Shown piece by piece: positions 22,231 to 32,229 of a stretch of DNA of 50,486 nucleotides (position 1 is the stretch's first letter; the number at the start of each line of letters is the position of its first letter). Made by a program: the position numbers and the translations under genes. Below the pieces are notes generated by a model. It did not search any database. It saw only the letters and a list, made by a program, of their open reading frames with translations, and had not been told where the DNA came from. Source of the DNA: Syntrophobacterales bacterium (GTDB lineage Bacteria > Desulfobacterota > BSN033 > WVXP01 > G020346125); NCBI GenBank assembly GCA_020346125.1, contig CP070774.1, positions 2,006,290 to 2,056,775 on the forward strand, in the 5' to 3' direction.

Positions 22231-23175
22231 CTACAATGCGCGGGCGATTTCCCTTTCGTAAATCTCCCGCAATACCTCATCGGCTCCCTGCGAGAGAAGG
22301 CTTTCGGCTAAGTCCATCCCCAACTCCTCGGCCTTCTCAATTTCCCCCTCAATCCCGCCCTTGATCAACTTCCTCCCATCGAGGGTCCCCACGAGTCCCT
22401 TTAGCATCAACATCCCCCTATCCGATACCCCTCCCAAAGCGGCGACGGGAACTTGACACCCCCCCTCAAGCCTCCTCAAGAAGGCCCTTTCCGCTATGAC
22501 CGACATATGGGTGGCCTCGTGATCGAGGATACCGAGGTACTGATTAACCTCTTCATCGGCGATTCGGGTTTCAATCCCCAAGGCGCCCTGCCCAATGGCG
22601 GGAAGGCAGACTTCCGGCGAAATTGATTGAGAAATGCTCCCCTCCAATCTCATCCTCTTTACCCCAGCGGCAGCCAAGACAATGCCATCCAGACCCATCG
22701 AATCCAATTTCCTCAACCGGGTATCCACGTTCCCCCTCAGAGGGACGATATGAAAATCGGGGCGATAGGACAAGAGCTGAGCCTTTCTCCTGAGACTGCT
22801 CGTGCCGATTTTGGCCCCCAAGGGGAGCTCCTCTAAAGTGAGATGATCCCTGGAGATGAGAACATCTCCTGGATCCTCCCTCCGAGGAATGGATCGAATG
22901 TGGAGCCCTTTCGGTAATTGAACGGGAACATCCTTCATGCTGTGGACGGCCAGATCGATCTGCCCCCCCAGCAGCTCCTCTTCAATCTCCTTGACGAAAA
23001 GGCCTTTTCCTCCAACCTTTTCTAGATTGACATCGATGAGTTTATCACCCTTAGTTTTTATCTTGATGAGGGATATATTCAGTCGAGGATGGGCCTGGGT
23101 CAACCTCTCCTGCACCCAATTGGCTTGCCATACGGCCAGCGGAGATCCCCTCGTACCGATCCTAATCACCATCAT
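22231..23175 (-). CDS. hemC: Hydroxymethylbilane synthase
   Basis: IRIGTRGSPLA, GKGLFVKE, AVHSMKD, GTSSLRR, RGNVDTRL, GGCQVP; start may be 23175 or 23172. Confidence 0.96.
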   Translation of the reverse strand: MMVIRIGTRGSPLAVWQANWVQERLTQAHPRLNISLIKIKTKGDKLIDVNLEKVGGKGLFVKEIEEELLGGQIDLAVHSMKDVPVQLPKGLHIRSIPRREDPGDVLISRDHLTLEELPLGAKIGTSSLRRKAQLLSYRPDFHIVPLRGNVDTRLRKLDSMGLDGIVLAAAGVKRMRLEGSISQSISPEVCLPAIGQGALGIETRIADEEVNQYLGILDHEATHMSVIAERAFLRRLEGGCQVPVAALGGVSDRGMLMLKGLVGTLDGRKLIKGGIEGEIEKAEELGMDLAESLLSQGADEVLREIYEREIARAL

Positions 23176-24472
23176 CTCCCCCCTGTCTTTTCGCTCCTCC
23201 TCCCTCCTCTCCCTCGAGCCTGAAGAGCTTTCGTACCGCATCTACGTACACGTGGGTATCCATATTGAGGTCCGAACTTTTCAAAACGGTAACGGGATCA
23301 TGGAGGATCTTTTTTATGATGGCTGAGGTGAGTGACTCGAGTGATCTCCTCTCTTTTTCGGTGATTCGGGAAAACGACGAAAGGGCTTTGTCCAACTCCC
23401 TTCTCCTAATCTCCTCCAACTTCTCCTTAAGGGATACGACGGTCGGCACCACGTCCAGGGATTTATGCCAATGGTAAAATTTGAGCACCTCTTCCTCGAC
23501 AATTTCCTCCGCCCTCCTTGCCTCTCGTTCCCGGCGCTCTCTGTTAGTATCGACCACTTCTTGGAGGTCATCGATGTCGTAAAGGTAGACGTTCTCGATC
23601 CCGTTGACTTCTGGATCGATATCCCGGGGAACGGCGATGTCGATGAAGAACATGGGCTTGTATTTTCTGGCTTTTATCACTCCAAGGACATCTTCGGGGC
23701 GAAGGATATAATGGGGAGCCCCCGTGGAGCTGATGACGATATCCACTCCTTCCAATTGCTCATGAAACCCGTCGAACTCGATGGCCTCACCATTGAAGAT
23801 CATGGCAAGATTGACCGCCCTCTGATAGGTGCGACTCGCTACGACCACTCTCTTTGCACCAGCCGTAATCAAGTGCTTAGCCGCCAATTCAGCCATTTCC
23901 CCCGCACCCAGCAGCATAACGGCCTTGTCTTCCAGCGCCCCAAAGATCTTTTTTGCAAGTTCAACCGCTGCATAGCTTATCGAGACCGCGCTGTCGCCGA
24001 TTTTCGTCTCCGTCCTCACCCTCTTGGCTACGTGAAAAGCCCTGTGCAGAAGTTTATTTAAGATGATCCCCGAGGCGTTGTGGTAAGCCGCGATATTATG
24101 GGCCTCTTTGATTTGCCCCAAGATCTGGGGCTCACCCACCACCATGGAATCCAAACTGGAGGCCACTCGAAAGATATGCCTGATGGCAGTCCTTCCCAAA
24201 TGGACATAGAGGCTCTTCTCGAATTCCTCAAGGGAAACTCCATGGTATTCCGCCAGAAAGTTCTTCAAGGCGACAATACCCCTTTCCACATCTCGAGTGG
24301 TGGCATAGATCTCAACCCGGTTACAGGTCGAGAGGATCATGTTTTCCGCGAATTCGGGGAACTCCAACAGCCTGCTCAAAGACCTCCCCAGTTCCTCTCC
24401 TAAGAAGGACAATTTTTCCCTCAGTTCCACGGGGGCTGTTTTATGATTTATGCCAATAACAAGGATATCCAT
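23162..24472 (-). CDS. hemA: Glutamyl-tRNA reductase
   Basis: GINHKTAPVELRE, LSTCNRVE, SLDSMVVGEPQILGQ, GAGEM, DIAVPRD. Confidence 0.97.
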   Translation of the reverse strand: MDILVIGINHKTAPVELREKLSFLGEELGRSLSRLLEFPEFAENMILSTCNRVEIYATTRDVERGIVALKNFLAEYHGVSLEEFEKSLYVHLGRTAIRHIFRVASSLDSMVVGEPQILGQIKEAHNIAAYHNASGIILNKLLHRAFHVAKRVRTETKIGDSAVSISYAAVELAKKIFGALEDKAVMLLGAGEMAELAAKHLITAGAKRVVVASRTYQRAVNLAMIFNGEAIEFDGFHEQLEGVDIVISSTGAPHYILRPEDVLGVIKARKYKPMFFIDIAVPRDIDPEVNGIENVYLYDIDDLQEVVDTNRERREREARRAEEIVEEEVLKFYHWHKSLDVVPTVVSLKEKLEEIRRRELDKALSSFSRITEKERRSLESLTSAIIKKILHDPVTVLKSSDLNMDTHVYVDAVRKLFRLEGEEGGGAKRQGGDDGD

Positions 24473-24532
24473 CTATGACACACCATCAATGAAAGATTAT
24501 CCCCCAGTTTTCATAACGAAACCTTGGGCCAC

Positions 24533-25354
24533 TCACCAATTCGAATAAGCATGAAACCCCGTCAAGAGGAGATTCACGCCCAAAAAGGTAAAGACGATGG
24601 CCAAAAACCCGATTATTGCCATGATGGCTGCCTTTCTCCCCCGCCAGCCAACGGTCAGCCTCTGATGGAGGAGGGCCGCATAGAGGCACCAGGTGATCAG
24701 AGACCAGGTCTCCTTGGGATCCCAGCTCCAGTAAGATCCCCATGCATATTGAGCCCAGATAGAGCCCGTAATGATCCCAACGGTAAGGAGGGGAAATCCA
24801 AAGGTCAATGCCTTATAGTTGATTTCATCCAGTACTCCCAATGAGGGGAGGCGCCGAGAGAGAACCCCAATGTGTTTGGATTTAACCTGATGCTCTTGGA
24901 TTACATACATAATCCCCGTGCAGAAGGCCAAGGCGAAGACGGCATTGCCCAGAAAAGCGAAAATGACGTGGATGGGAAGCCAGTAACTCCTCAATACGGG
25001 GGCAAGGGGAAGGATCTCTTTGGGCAAGACCATTGCAGGAATCATCAGAATCAGTGCGAGGGTAGAAATGAAAGGGCCCAACACCTTGATTCTATATCTC
25101 CAATAAAAGGCCAGATACACCCCAATGATGGCCCACGCAAAAAAGGAGAGGGATTCATGGAGATTGGTAACGGGGGTATGCCCGGCTTCGAGATACCGGA
25201 GTACAAAGGCGACGCTGTGAAGGATAAATCCTGCAGACACGGAAAGAAAGGCGATTTTGGCCAACAATTCCCTCAACAGGATGATGAAGAGGAGGTATTT
25301 GAGGGTCGCCAATACATAAAGGGCGACGGTAAGGTTGAAAACCCAGACGTTCAC
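24533..25354 (-). CDS. ccsA: Cytochrome c biogenesis protein CcsA/CcsB family
   Basis: WLPIHV, WAQYAWGSYWSWDPKETW (WWD motif), conserved His residues. Confidence 0.9.
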   Translation of the reverse strand: MNVWVFNLTVALYVLATLKYLLFIILLRELLAKIAFLSVSAGFILHSVAFVLRYLEAGHTPVTNLHESLSFFAWAIIGVYLAFYWRYRIKVLGPFISTLALILMIPAMVLPKEILPLAPVLRSYWLPIHVIFAFLGNAVFALAFCTGIMYVIQEHQVKSKHIGVLSRRLPSLGVLDEINYKALTFGFPLLTVGIITGSIWAQYAWGSYWSWDPKETWSLITWCLYAALLHQRLTVGWRGRKAAIMAIIGFLAIVFTFLGVNLLLTGFHAYSNW

Positions 25355-25478
25355 AGAACCGACTCGCTTCGTTCTTCTTTATGGAATGATGGATTATCCA
25401 ATAATATCAAGTTTCTATCAGAATTTCATACGAGTGTCAATCAATGCGAAGCGAGGGTAAAAAATTTTAAAAAATGAA

Positions 25479-25507
25479 TTGACTTTTATTTATCATTAGG
25501 GTATTGT
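25479..25507 (+). promoter_or_regulatory. Distal sigma70-type promoter of the sigma factor gene
   Basis: TTGACT-17 nt-TATTGT. Confidence 0.5.
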
Positions 25508-25572
25508 TTATGTTTATTTAAAAAAAGAAAAATGAATAGCGGTCACTTTTTCAAGGTAAAGAGAAAAAAATA

Positions 25573-25601
25573 TTGACTTTAACGTAAATGTTTATTATAT
25601 T
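25573..25601 (+). promoter_or_regulatory. Proximal sigma70-type promoter of the sigma factor gene
   Basis: TTGACT-17 nt-TATATT. Confidence 0.65.
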
Positions 25602-25604
25602 ACT

Positions 25605-25623
25605 AGTAATGATTATCATTCTA
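25605..25623. promoter_or_regulatory. Fur-family operator
   Basis: AGTAATGATTATCATTCTA matches GATAATGATAATCATTATC at 14/19; perfect AATGAT-N-ATCATT palindrome over the expected +1. Confidence 0.65.
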
Positions 25624-25651
25624 ATTACTACCTTTTAGAGGAGATTGGGAG

Positions 25652-26950
25652 TTGAAAATAAAGAGGGGCAACAAAGGCGTAAAAGGCCTCATCGGCGTGA
25701 AAAAGAGGGGAAGATTTTTATCCTATCATCTGGCCAATTTTATGGGTCTTGATGAATCCGGTCAAGGGCAAGTCAATGAAATGACGGGATTGATCGAATG
25801 TGGAAGCAGCGAACCACAAATGGAGAAGGCCGAAATTTCCTCTGCTCGCGAGGAGGAGCCCCAAGGCGAGAACAGTGCCCCAAGCCTGGAAAATATTACC
25901 CTTGCTTATCTCAAGGAGATGCAAAAAATTTCCCTCCTCACCCGGGATAGGGAGATACAGCTCTCCAAAATGATCAGAGAAGGGGAGGATAGCATTCGCG
26001 ATCTCATCCTCAAGTTTCCCCAAGCGAGGGAAGAACTTGCCTCTCTGGGCGAAAAGGTAGAGGAAGGGAGTATCAAACCCAGAGAGATCATCAAAGCCAA
26101 AGAGGACTATATCCGCAGGATCATTAAGAAATTGGAGGAAACGGCTGAGGGGGAGAACGACTCAAACCCTGCTAAAGGGGAAATGCTCGAAACCCTGAGA
26201 CAAATCAAGAAGGCCGAATCGGTAGCGGGAAGGGCCAAAAGGGAGATGATTCAGTCCAATTTACGGTTGGTAGTAAGCATTGCTAAGGCCTATATGAACC
26301 GTGGGCTGTCTTTTTTGGACCTCATCCAAGAGGGGAATTTGGGACTAATCAAAGCCGTATCTAAATACGATTATACCAAGGGGTACAAATTTAGTACCTA
26401 TGCCTCCTGGTGGATAAGACAGGCAATAACCCGTGCAATCTCCGATAAATCCCGAACCATTAGAATTCCTAATCACCTCCTGGAAAGCAAAAGTAAACTG
26501 GCAAGGGCCTTCAATGTCCTTTCCAAGGAGTTGGAAAGGGATCCTACCCCCAAGGAGATGGCCAAAAAAGCCGGGCTACCCTTAAAGACGGTCAACAAGG
26601 TCATGGGATTGGCCAAAGAGCCCCTATCCCTTGAGACACCCATCGGAGATGATGATGGGCGCCTCCAGGATTTGATTCCCAATGAGGATTCCGAGTTGGC
26701 CTCTGAAAACTTTATCGAAAGCCTTGACCTTTCCAAACAAAGCCAGAGGTTATTATCAACACTAAATCCGAGGGAGGAAAAGATCCTGAGGATGAGGTTT
26801 GGGATAGGGGAAACGACGGATTATACTTTGGAAGAAGTCGGAAAGAGGTTCGGTATCTCCAGGGAAAGGGTACGCCAGATTGAAGAGAGGGCCCTGAGGA
26901 AGCTGAGGCATCCCTTGAAAAACAGGGAAATTCAACAGCGTACCGATTGA
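25652..26950 (+). CDS. Group-2 (RpoD/RpoS-like) sigma70 factor
   Basis: Region 1.2 AYLKEM..LLTRDRE; SNLRLVVSIAK, DLIQEGNLGL, FSTYASWWIRQAI; region 4 TLEEVG..RERVRQIE; no typical region 1.1. Confidence 0.9.
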   Translation: MKIKRGNKGVKGLIGVKKRGRFLSYHLANFMGLDESGQGQVNEMTGLIECGSSEPQMEKAEISSAREEEPQGENSAPSLENITLAYLKEMQKISLLTRDREIQLSKMIREGEDSIRDLILKFPQAREELASLGEKVEEGSIKPREIIKAKEDYIRRIIKKLEETAEGENDSNPAKGEMLETLRQIKKAESVAGRAKREMIQSNLRLVVSIAKAYMNRGLSFLDLIQEGNLGLIKAVSKYDYTKGYKFSTYASWWIRQAITRAISDKSRTIRIPNHLLESKSKLARAFNVLSKELERDPTPKEMAKKAGLPLKTVNKVMGLAKEPLSLETPIGDDDGRLQDLIPNEDSELASENFIESLDLSKQSQRLLSTLNPREEKILRMRFGIGETTDYTLEEVGKRFGISRERVRQIEERALRKLRHPLKNREIQQRTD

Positions 26951-27120
26951 ATTGTCCTCCAAGGCTTTAGCCCTTTAATACAGTAAAATTCCTCGGCAAG
27001 GGGGTTTATTAGGGATCTTCGTTGGAAGATCCTCCGCATTTCACCTACCTTAGAGGGTCTCATCCCACCCGAACAACAGGATTATTAGAGTTGCCGGCTT
27101 CGTAATAAGTCCATCTGCCG

Positions 27121-27196
27121 TTCGACAGGCTCATGGCCCTGAGTAAAGCCGAAGGGCCATTCGACATGCTCACGGCCCTGAGCAAAGCCGAAGGGC
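27121..27196. repeat. Two tandem REP-like units of about 37 bp (period 39)
   Basis: TTCGACAGGCTCATGGCCCTGAGTAAAGCCGAAGGGC and TTCGACATGCTCACGGCCCTGAGCAAAGCCGAAGGGC. Confidence 0.85.
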
Positions 27197-27217
27197 TGCG
27201 TTGGGCTTTATTCCCTG

Positions 27218-27310
27218 CCCTGTTAAATTGTAGGCAGCCATATCAAGAGATATGGGATATAGAAGCTGCTTGAAAACAGTAACATCAAACAAAGATAATA
27301 TTTAACAGGG
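27218..27310. repeat. Miniature element bounded by perfect 11-bp inverted repeats
   Basis: CCCTGTTAAAT (27218-27228) ... ATTTAACAGGG (27300-27310). Confidence 0.75.
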
Positions 27311-27448
27311 TAAATCATTGCACCGTACTGGTAAGTACGCCTCATTCCTAAAGATTCGCGCGCCTTGCTTCTGGAGCTTTTTACTATGCCGTCTGATTTA
27401 TGACTTTATGGGAGACCAACAGAGTTGAGCCAGCGCTATTTTCTTCCT

Positions 27449-28678
27449 CTAATCCTTTGCTACAATGAATAATCCTTGCTTTGCCCGAGTTACTGCGGTA
27501 TAGAGCCATCTCTTAGTGAATTCGGCATCCCAATACTGAGATCGTTCTTCGAAAAGCAGTACATTATCCCATTCCGATCCTTGGCTCCGATGAACAGAGA
27601 TGGCATATCCAAAATCGAATAGGTCAACTGCAGGGTACCCCGTATCATCCAGGATATACTCTACCTTTTTGAGTGAGACTTCATCATAGTATCCGTTGTA
27701 TTCCTTTTTCCCGAAACAACAGCTGTGTATTAAGGTATGGTAGAGCTCCGGCATACTGTCCATTTCAATGACCCCCCCATAGATGTGAGGGGGTACTTTA
27801 ATATTGATACTCCTGAGAGTCCCCAATTGGCCATTCATCAGTTTCGTGTACCGGTTATTCTTCAAGCAGATTATCCGCTCCCCTTCACAAGGTATCTCAC
27901 CGTAATAGTCAAGCTTTCTCCGGATTTGCCTGTTGAGTTGAACTCTAGTCCAGTTCATCCCGCACAGGGTAATGAAAGTCGGCTGTGAGAAATCAAGGCT
28001 CTCGAACAGATCGTTGAAATCGGAACTCGATTGACGCATCTTATAGATATCCCTCCCAAATTTCCCGAATGGAATTTCGCCTCTTGTTCTCAGCTCGACG
28101 GATAATCTGATTATCGGACTATCCAATGCCTGCCTGTGGATTTCATTGAGAACCATGTGAGGGCGATGGACAATACTGAACCTGTCTCCTATCGGTGGCA
28201 ATTGTCCGTGGTCGCCCGCTGCAATGATGGGGATCCTGTATGATGTCAGATCCCTCCATAGGTCTGAACTCACCATGGAGGCCTCATCCAGAATGATCAG
28301 GTCAAATGGCAATTCTGAACGCTTTTTCCACCCTACGATTTTCTGGCGCCCATTCTCATCCTCTGCTATGATTGGCCGATAGATCATGCCGTGGATGGTG
28401 CCTACGTAATCATCTCTATCCAGGCCTCCAATCGATTCCAATCTTTCCCTCAACACCGAGGATGCTTTCCCCGTGAAGGCACAGAATCCCACACGCATGG
28501 TCCGATTGAGACCTTTTAGCGATACTCTTACGGCGGTGGCCAGATGGGTCTTTCCAGTACCCGCATAACCGCCGACCGTAATATAATTACGATACCCCTC
28601 ATCTTCGTAGTGTTGGAGCCAACTAATAAGGTCATCATGGACTCGCTCCTGTTCGGGGGATAATAAAAAATGGCTCAC
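27449..28678 (-). CDS. Stand-alone SF1B (RecD/Dda-like) DNA helicase
   Basis: GYAGTGKT, TIH, DEASMV, GDHGQLPP, HRQ, YAISVHRSQGSEW, LYTAVTRA. Confidence 0.9.
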   Translation of the reverse strand: MSHFLLSPEQERVHDDLISWLQHYEDEGYRNYITVGGYAGTGKTHLATAVRVSLKGLNRTMRVGFCAFTGKASSVLRERLESIGGLDRDDYVGTIHGMIYRPIIAEDENGRQKIVGWKKRSELPFDLIILDEASMVSSDLWRDLTSYRIPIIAAGDHGQLPPIGDRFSIVHRPHMVLNEIHRQALDSPIIRLSVELRTRGEIPFGKFGRDIYKMRQSSSDFNDLFESLDFSQPTFITLCGMNWTRVQLNRQIRRKLDYYGEIPCEGERIICLKNNRYTKLMNGQLGTLRSINIKVPPHIYGGVIEMDSMPELYHTLIHSCCFGKKEYNGYYDEVSLKKVEYILDDTGYPAVDLFDFGYAISVHRSQGSEWDNVLLFEERSQYWDAEFTKRWLYTAVTRAKQGLFIVAKD

Positions 28679-28929
28679 AGCCGATATCCTCTCTTCAAAC
28701 GCTCATTGAATAGTTGAACAACCGAATAAATACCATATCTGGGGATGAGAAGCGTAAACGACCTGCTTGATGGAGATAGTATTGGAACCGGCCGTTTGCG
28801 GGTATGGGAGGGATAATAAGAGCTGAAAGATAACAGGGAAAGGAAAGACCCGATAATAACCTTTCTCATAATGTTACACTATTGAGGGAACGAATACAGG
28901 ACTTTGCTTCGGGAGGTGGCTCCATCGTC

Positions 28930-29283
28930 TCAAACGAAAGCAGTATCCCGGCCTACTACTAACCTGAGAATGTCATTGCCATGGACGAGGCCATCCAAAA
29001 AGAGAATTGCAGGACCGAGTGCTGTTCCGTCTTCTGCCATGGGCACCAGGCCGGGTGTAGTCACGGAAAGGGATATGACACCCACAGAGGGAAGAAATTC
29101 CCAAAAGTCCGCGCAGCAATCCCTGAGTGCCTGCCACCATTTCTCTGGTTCAATATCAGCCTTGCCCTGGTCATAGAGATTGATTTGGTAGTCTCGAGAT
29201 GTCTCGGCCCCTTTCTCCAAATTCGGACCGAACACGCCCATCTGAAAAGCCTTTGTGTTGACGTCAAACGCCAGAATGTCTCT
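28930..29283 (-). pseudogene. FGGY carbohydrate kinase N-terminal fragment
   Basis: ILAFDVNTKAFQMGVF..DIEPEKWWQALRDC..GVISLS..DGTALGPAILFLDG, then truncated; no in-frame start upstream of the conserved N-terminus. Confidence 0.7.
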
Positions 29284-29336
29284 CCTTGGAGAATTCCTTC
29301 ATCGAGGAACAGATCTCTGAGCTCATTCCTGATTCC

Positions 29337-30314
29337 CTATAGACCGGCCCTGCTTCTGCCCACTACCTCCTTGTTCACCACGGAATCGGGAAGCTTTCCC
29401 ATGAATACTGAAGTAACGTTTTCCGCCGTACGCCTTTTCAACTCTGACTTCGACTCCTCAGAATAGAACCCGATGTGAGGAGTGAGAATGACGTCCTCCC
29501 TCCTCATGAGGGGACTCTCCGAATCAGGAGGCTCCGTCTCCAACACATCGAGGCCCGCCCCACCAATCCACCCCTTTTCCAATGCCTCAATGAGAGCCGC
29601 CTCATCTACCACAGCCCCCCTGGCGAGATTCATCACTAAAGGTTTACGCCCCATCATCCGAAACTGATCCCTCCTAAAAAGGTGATGGCTCGATTCTGTC
29701 AGGGAACAGTGAATCGAAATGAAATCTGATTCAGCAAGGAGCCTCTCTAAGGGAACCATCTGAATTCCCGGGGCCTCGGTGAGATAGGGATCGTAGCCGA
29801 TCACCCTCAGGCCGAAAACGGATACTCTTCTGGCTATTCCCTGACCAATCTTTCCGCAGCCCACAATGCCATAGGTCATACCGTTCAGGCGGTGGATGGG
29901 AATAGCGACCCGAAAATCCCAGGTCCCTGATCTAATGGATCGATCCAGTAAAATGACCTTCCTCACTAAACAGAGAAAGAGGGCCAGGGTTTGGTCGGAA
30001 ACCTCGTCCACGCAGTAGTCTAGTACATTTGCAACGATGACCCCGAACTCGGTGGCAGCCTGCAGATCAATGGTATCCACGCCCACGCCGTATCGGGAAA
30101 TAACCTTACACCGAGCAAGGCGTTCCAATACCCCCCTGGTAATGGGGGCATATTGGATGATGAGACCGTCGGCGTCGTAGCATCGGGCCACGATCTCCTC
30201 CTCATTCACCATTTGAGCAAGGTCCAGATCGGCCCCGAATTCACTGAAGACGGCTTTTTCCTCTTCAATCGACCCCTGGTCGCAATCTGTAATGACGACT
30301 TTTGGCCGTTTCAC
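29337..30314 (-). CDS. D-2-hydroxyacid dehydrogenase, CtBP-like
   Basis: RYGVGVDTIDL, DYCVDEVSDQ, GCGKIG, NLARG, LDVLETEP, TPHIGFYSEES; AAGGAGG RBS before GTG 30314. Confidence 0.9.
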   Translation of the reverse strand: MKRPKVVITDCDQGSIEEEKAVFSEFGADLDLAQMVNEEEIVARCYDADGLIIQYAPITRGVLERLARCKVISRYGVGVDTIDLQAATEFGVIVANVLDYCVDEVSDQTLALFLCLVRKVILLDRSIRSGTWDFRVAIPIHRLNGMTYGIVGCGKIGQGIARRVSVFGLRVIGYDPYLTEAPGIQMVPLERLLAESDFISIHCSLTESSHHLFRRDQFRMMGRKPLVMNLARGAVVDEAALIEALEKGWIGGAGLDVLETEPPDSESPLMRREDVILTPHIGFYSEESKSELKRRTAENVTSVFMGKLPDSVVNKEVVGRSRAGL

Positions 30315-30769
30315 ATCCAACCTCCTTAATCCCGAGCAATTGCTCTATAGGAACTATAGCAAATAAACCTATGAGGAAATCATGATGCAGGCTCATTTTC
30401 GCTGTCAAGTCATCCAGCAGGAGTCATCCGATGCACGGTAAAGAAGTGGGTAGGTAATATCTCAAGAGACGCCAATTCTTCCCAAGGTTAATGGGGTAAA
30501 GAACCATCCCCCTGCCATTTTTGGAGTGAGGTAGACCGAATTGATGGGTTTTGTCCCTTTTGCGCCAATGGTAACCAATTTTAGGGAAAAATGCAAATTG
30601 AAGGATAGCGTTTTCCATAGGGGAAGGAGTCACTCATTTGACTCTATGGAAGCACTTACGTTCACAAAAACTCTACAATCTGAAGTAAGTCAATCAGGCA
30701 GAAATCTCGTAAGTTCTCGAAATCCACGGAGCCCATGGATTGATTTGAACCGATGAATACTATCTCTCT

Positions 30770-31918
30770 TTATGGCTTTCTCTTCTGGAGATACGCAAGT
30801 GCGTCAAGAGGGTGGGGTGGACAACCGGGAATGTATTCTCCTCGATCCCTGTATCGCCTGGTACACAGACCAAAATTCAAGAGTTTCCTTCTGATTGTTT
30901 CGGGAATTTTCACAGTCTGTCCGAATATGAGAGTACGATCTCTGAGGAGATTCACATTGTTTTTTAAATAATCGATAAGCAGAGCCTGTATCACGTGGCG
31001 ACAACCGCTGCATGCCCCCGCTTCATGGATTTCAATTCCCTGTTTCTTGTATGCTGCAAAATCCATTTCAATTCTCTGAAAAGGTCTCCTGACCTCCTCT
31101 ATAGATAGCCCAACCACTTCAATCTGGGAAAGATCCGCACATCCCAGGCCTTGTTCAGCGCCCAATTTGATGTATTCAATTTCCATGGGATCTATTCCCA
31201 TTATGCTCGCAGCTACCGCATCGGCAGCGAGGGTATCGAATGAGGAGACCATGGTTTCGAAGTTGACCGGAGTTCCGTGGCATGGTCCCATACCTTCCAT
31301 CGCGATTGTGCCATCAATGACCGTCAGCTGTGGTAAAACCAATTTGTTCAAATCAACGATCGATTGAGCGAGGCCCCATTTATGGAATCTTTTCTTATCC
31401 TTTTCCTGGATCACCCCTTTCATATTCTTCAATCCCAAGGTAGCAGGAAAAGCATCATGGGTCTTCATTACGGGAACGTTGATGATGACATCGGCCTGCA
31501 TAACAACCTCGGGAATCTCTATTCTATGAAAAATTTTACCATTGGGTATGCCCATGCGGATCGTCTTGGCCTTTTTGAGGTCGACCAGCTCGACGTTCTC
31601 TTCATCGGCAACTGTTGAAATGCCGCTCGCCACAAAGGCCTCATCGGTTTCCGAGCCTACAGCTGATCCCTCTCCTATGAGGAGTGTAGAAGCTCCCACC
31701 TGTTTGGCCGATCGGGATAAAGCTCTTATTACATGGGGATTGGTTACTGCACCTGTCTTATAATGGTAGGCGGAAAGGATATTGGGTTTCATGAGCACTG
31801 TGTCCCCTCGAGAGACCAGTGATTCTATTCCTCCAATGAGATGAAGTGCACTTTCAAGGGCTTTATTAATGCTATCAAAGTCATCGGTCTTGGAACACCT
31901 CACAACAGAAACCAACAT
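30770..31918 (-). CDS. DUF362 domain protein with C-terminal Cys cluster
   Basis: VLMKPN, VTNPHV, INVPVMKTH, LGLKNMKG, IDGTIAMEGMGP; C-terminal ACSGC..C..GCPP. Confidence 0.85.
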   Translation of the reverse strand: MLVSVVRCSKTDDFDSINKALESALHLIGGIESLVSRGDTVLMKPNILSAYHYKTGAVTNPHVIRALSRSAKQVGASTLLIGEGSAVGSETDEAFVASGISTVADEENVELVDLKKAKTIRMGIPNGKIFHRIEIPEVVMQADVIINVPVMKTHDAFPATLGLKNMKGVIQEKDKKRFHKWGLAQSIVDLNKLVLPQLTVIDGTIAMEGMGPCHGTPVNFETMVSSFDTLAADAVAASIMGIDPMEIEYIKLGAEQGLGCADLSQIEVVGLSIEEVRRPFQRIEMDFAAYKKQGIEIHEAGACSGCRHVIQALLIDYLKNNVNLLRDRTLIFGQTVKIPETIRRKLLNFGLCTRRYRDRGEYIPGCPPHPLDALAYLQKRKP

Positions 31919-32154
31919 CTTCTCTTCTCTCCGTCTGTGATCTATAGGATTTATAATAAAAAAAACCCAGGATCGGATCAAGGCCCTGGGAAATTAAACC
32001 AGGAAGAAAGGGGACGTTCGTGCAGAAATTACATAAATTTTAAATATAGATTTCGTTGTTGGATTCAATCTCTGCCCAGATAGCTCTGGTGAAACCTTAG
32101 GTTCTATCCAATAAAAAAGCCATCCGAAAAGGACAGCTAACTCTCCAAAATCAT

Positions 32155-32229
32155 TGGAGCCGACGGTCGGATTTGAACCGACAACCTACTGATTACGAAT
32201 CAGTTGCTCTACCACTGAGCTACGTCGGC
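32155..32229 (-). tRNA. tRNA-Thr(CGT)
   Basis: GCCGACGTAGCTCAGTGGTAGAGCAACTGATTCGTAATCAGTAGGTTGTCGGTTCAAATCCGACCGTCGGCTCCA. Confidence 0.95.

Larger units (their letters stand above)
27093..27393. mobile_element. MITE-like intergenic element with imperfect terminal inverted repeats and two nested elements
   Basis: Left end GCCGGCTTCGTAATAAGTCCA; right end (reverse complement) GACGGCATAGTAAAAAGCTCCA; internal GTAC..GTAC palindrome. Confidence 0.65.

Noticed and set aside
27121-27196. Possible mini CRISPR array
   Set aside because: Only two units separated by 2 nt, no spacers and no cas genes
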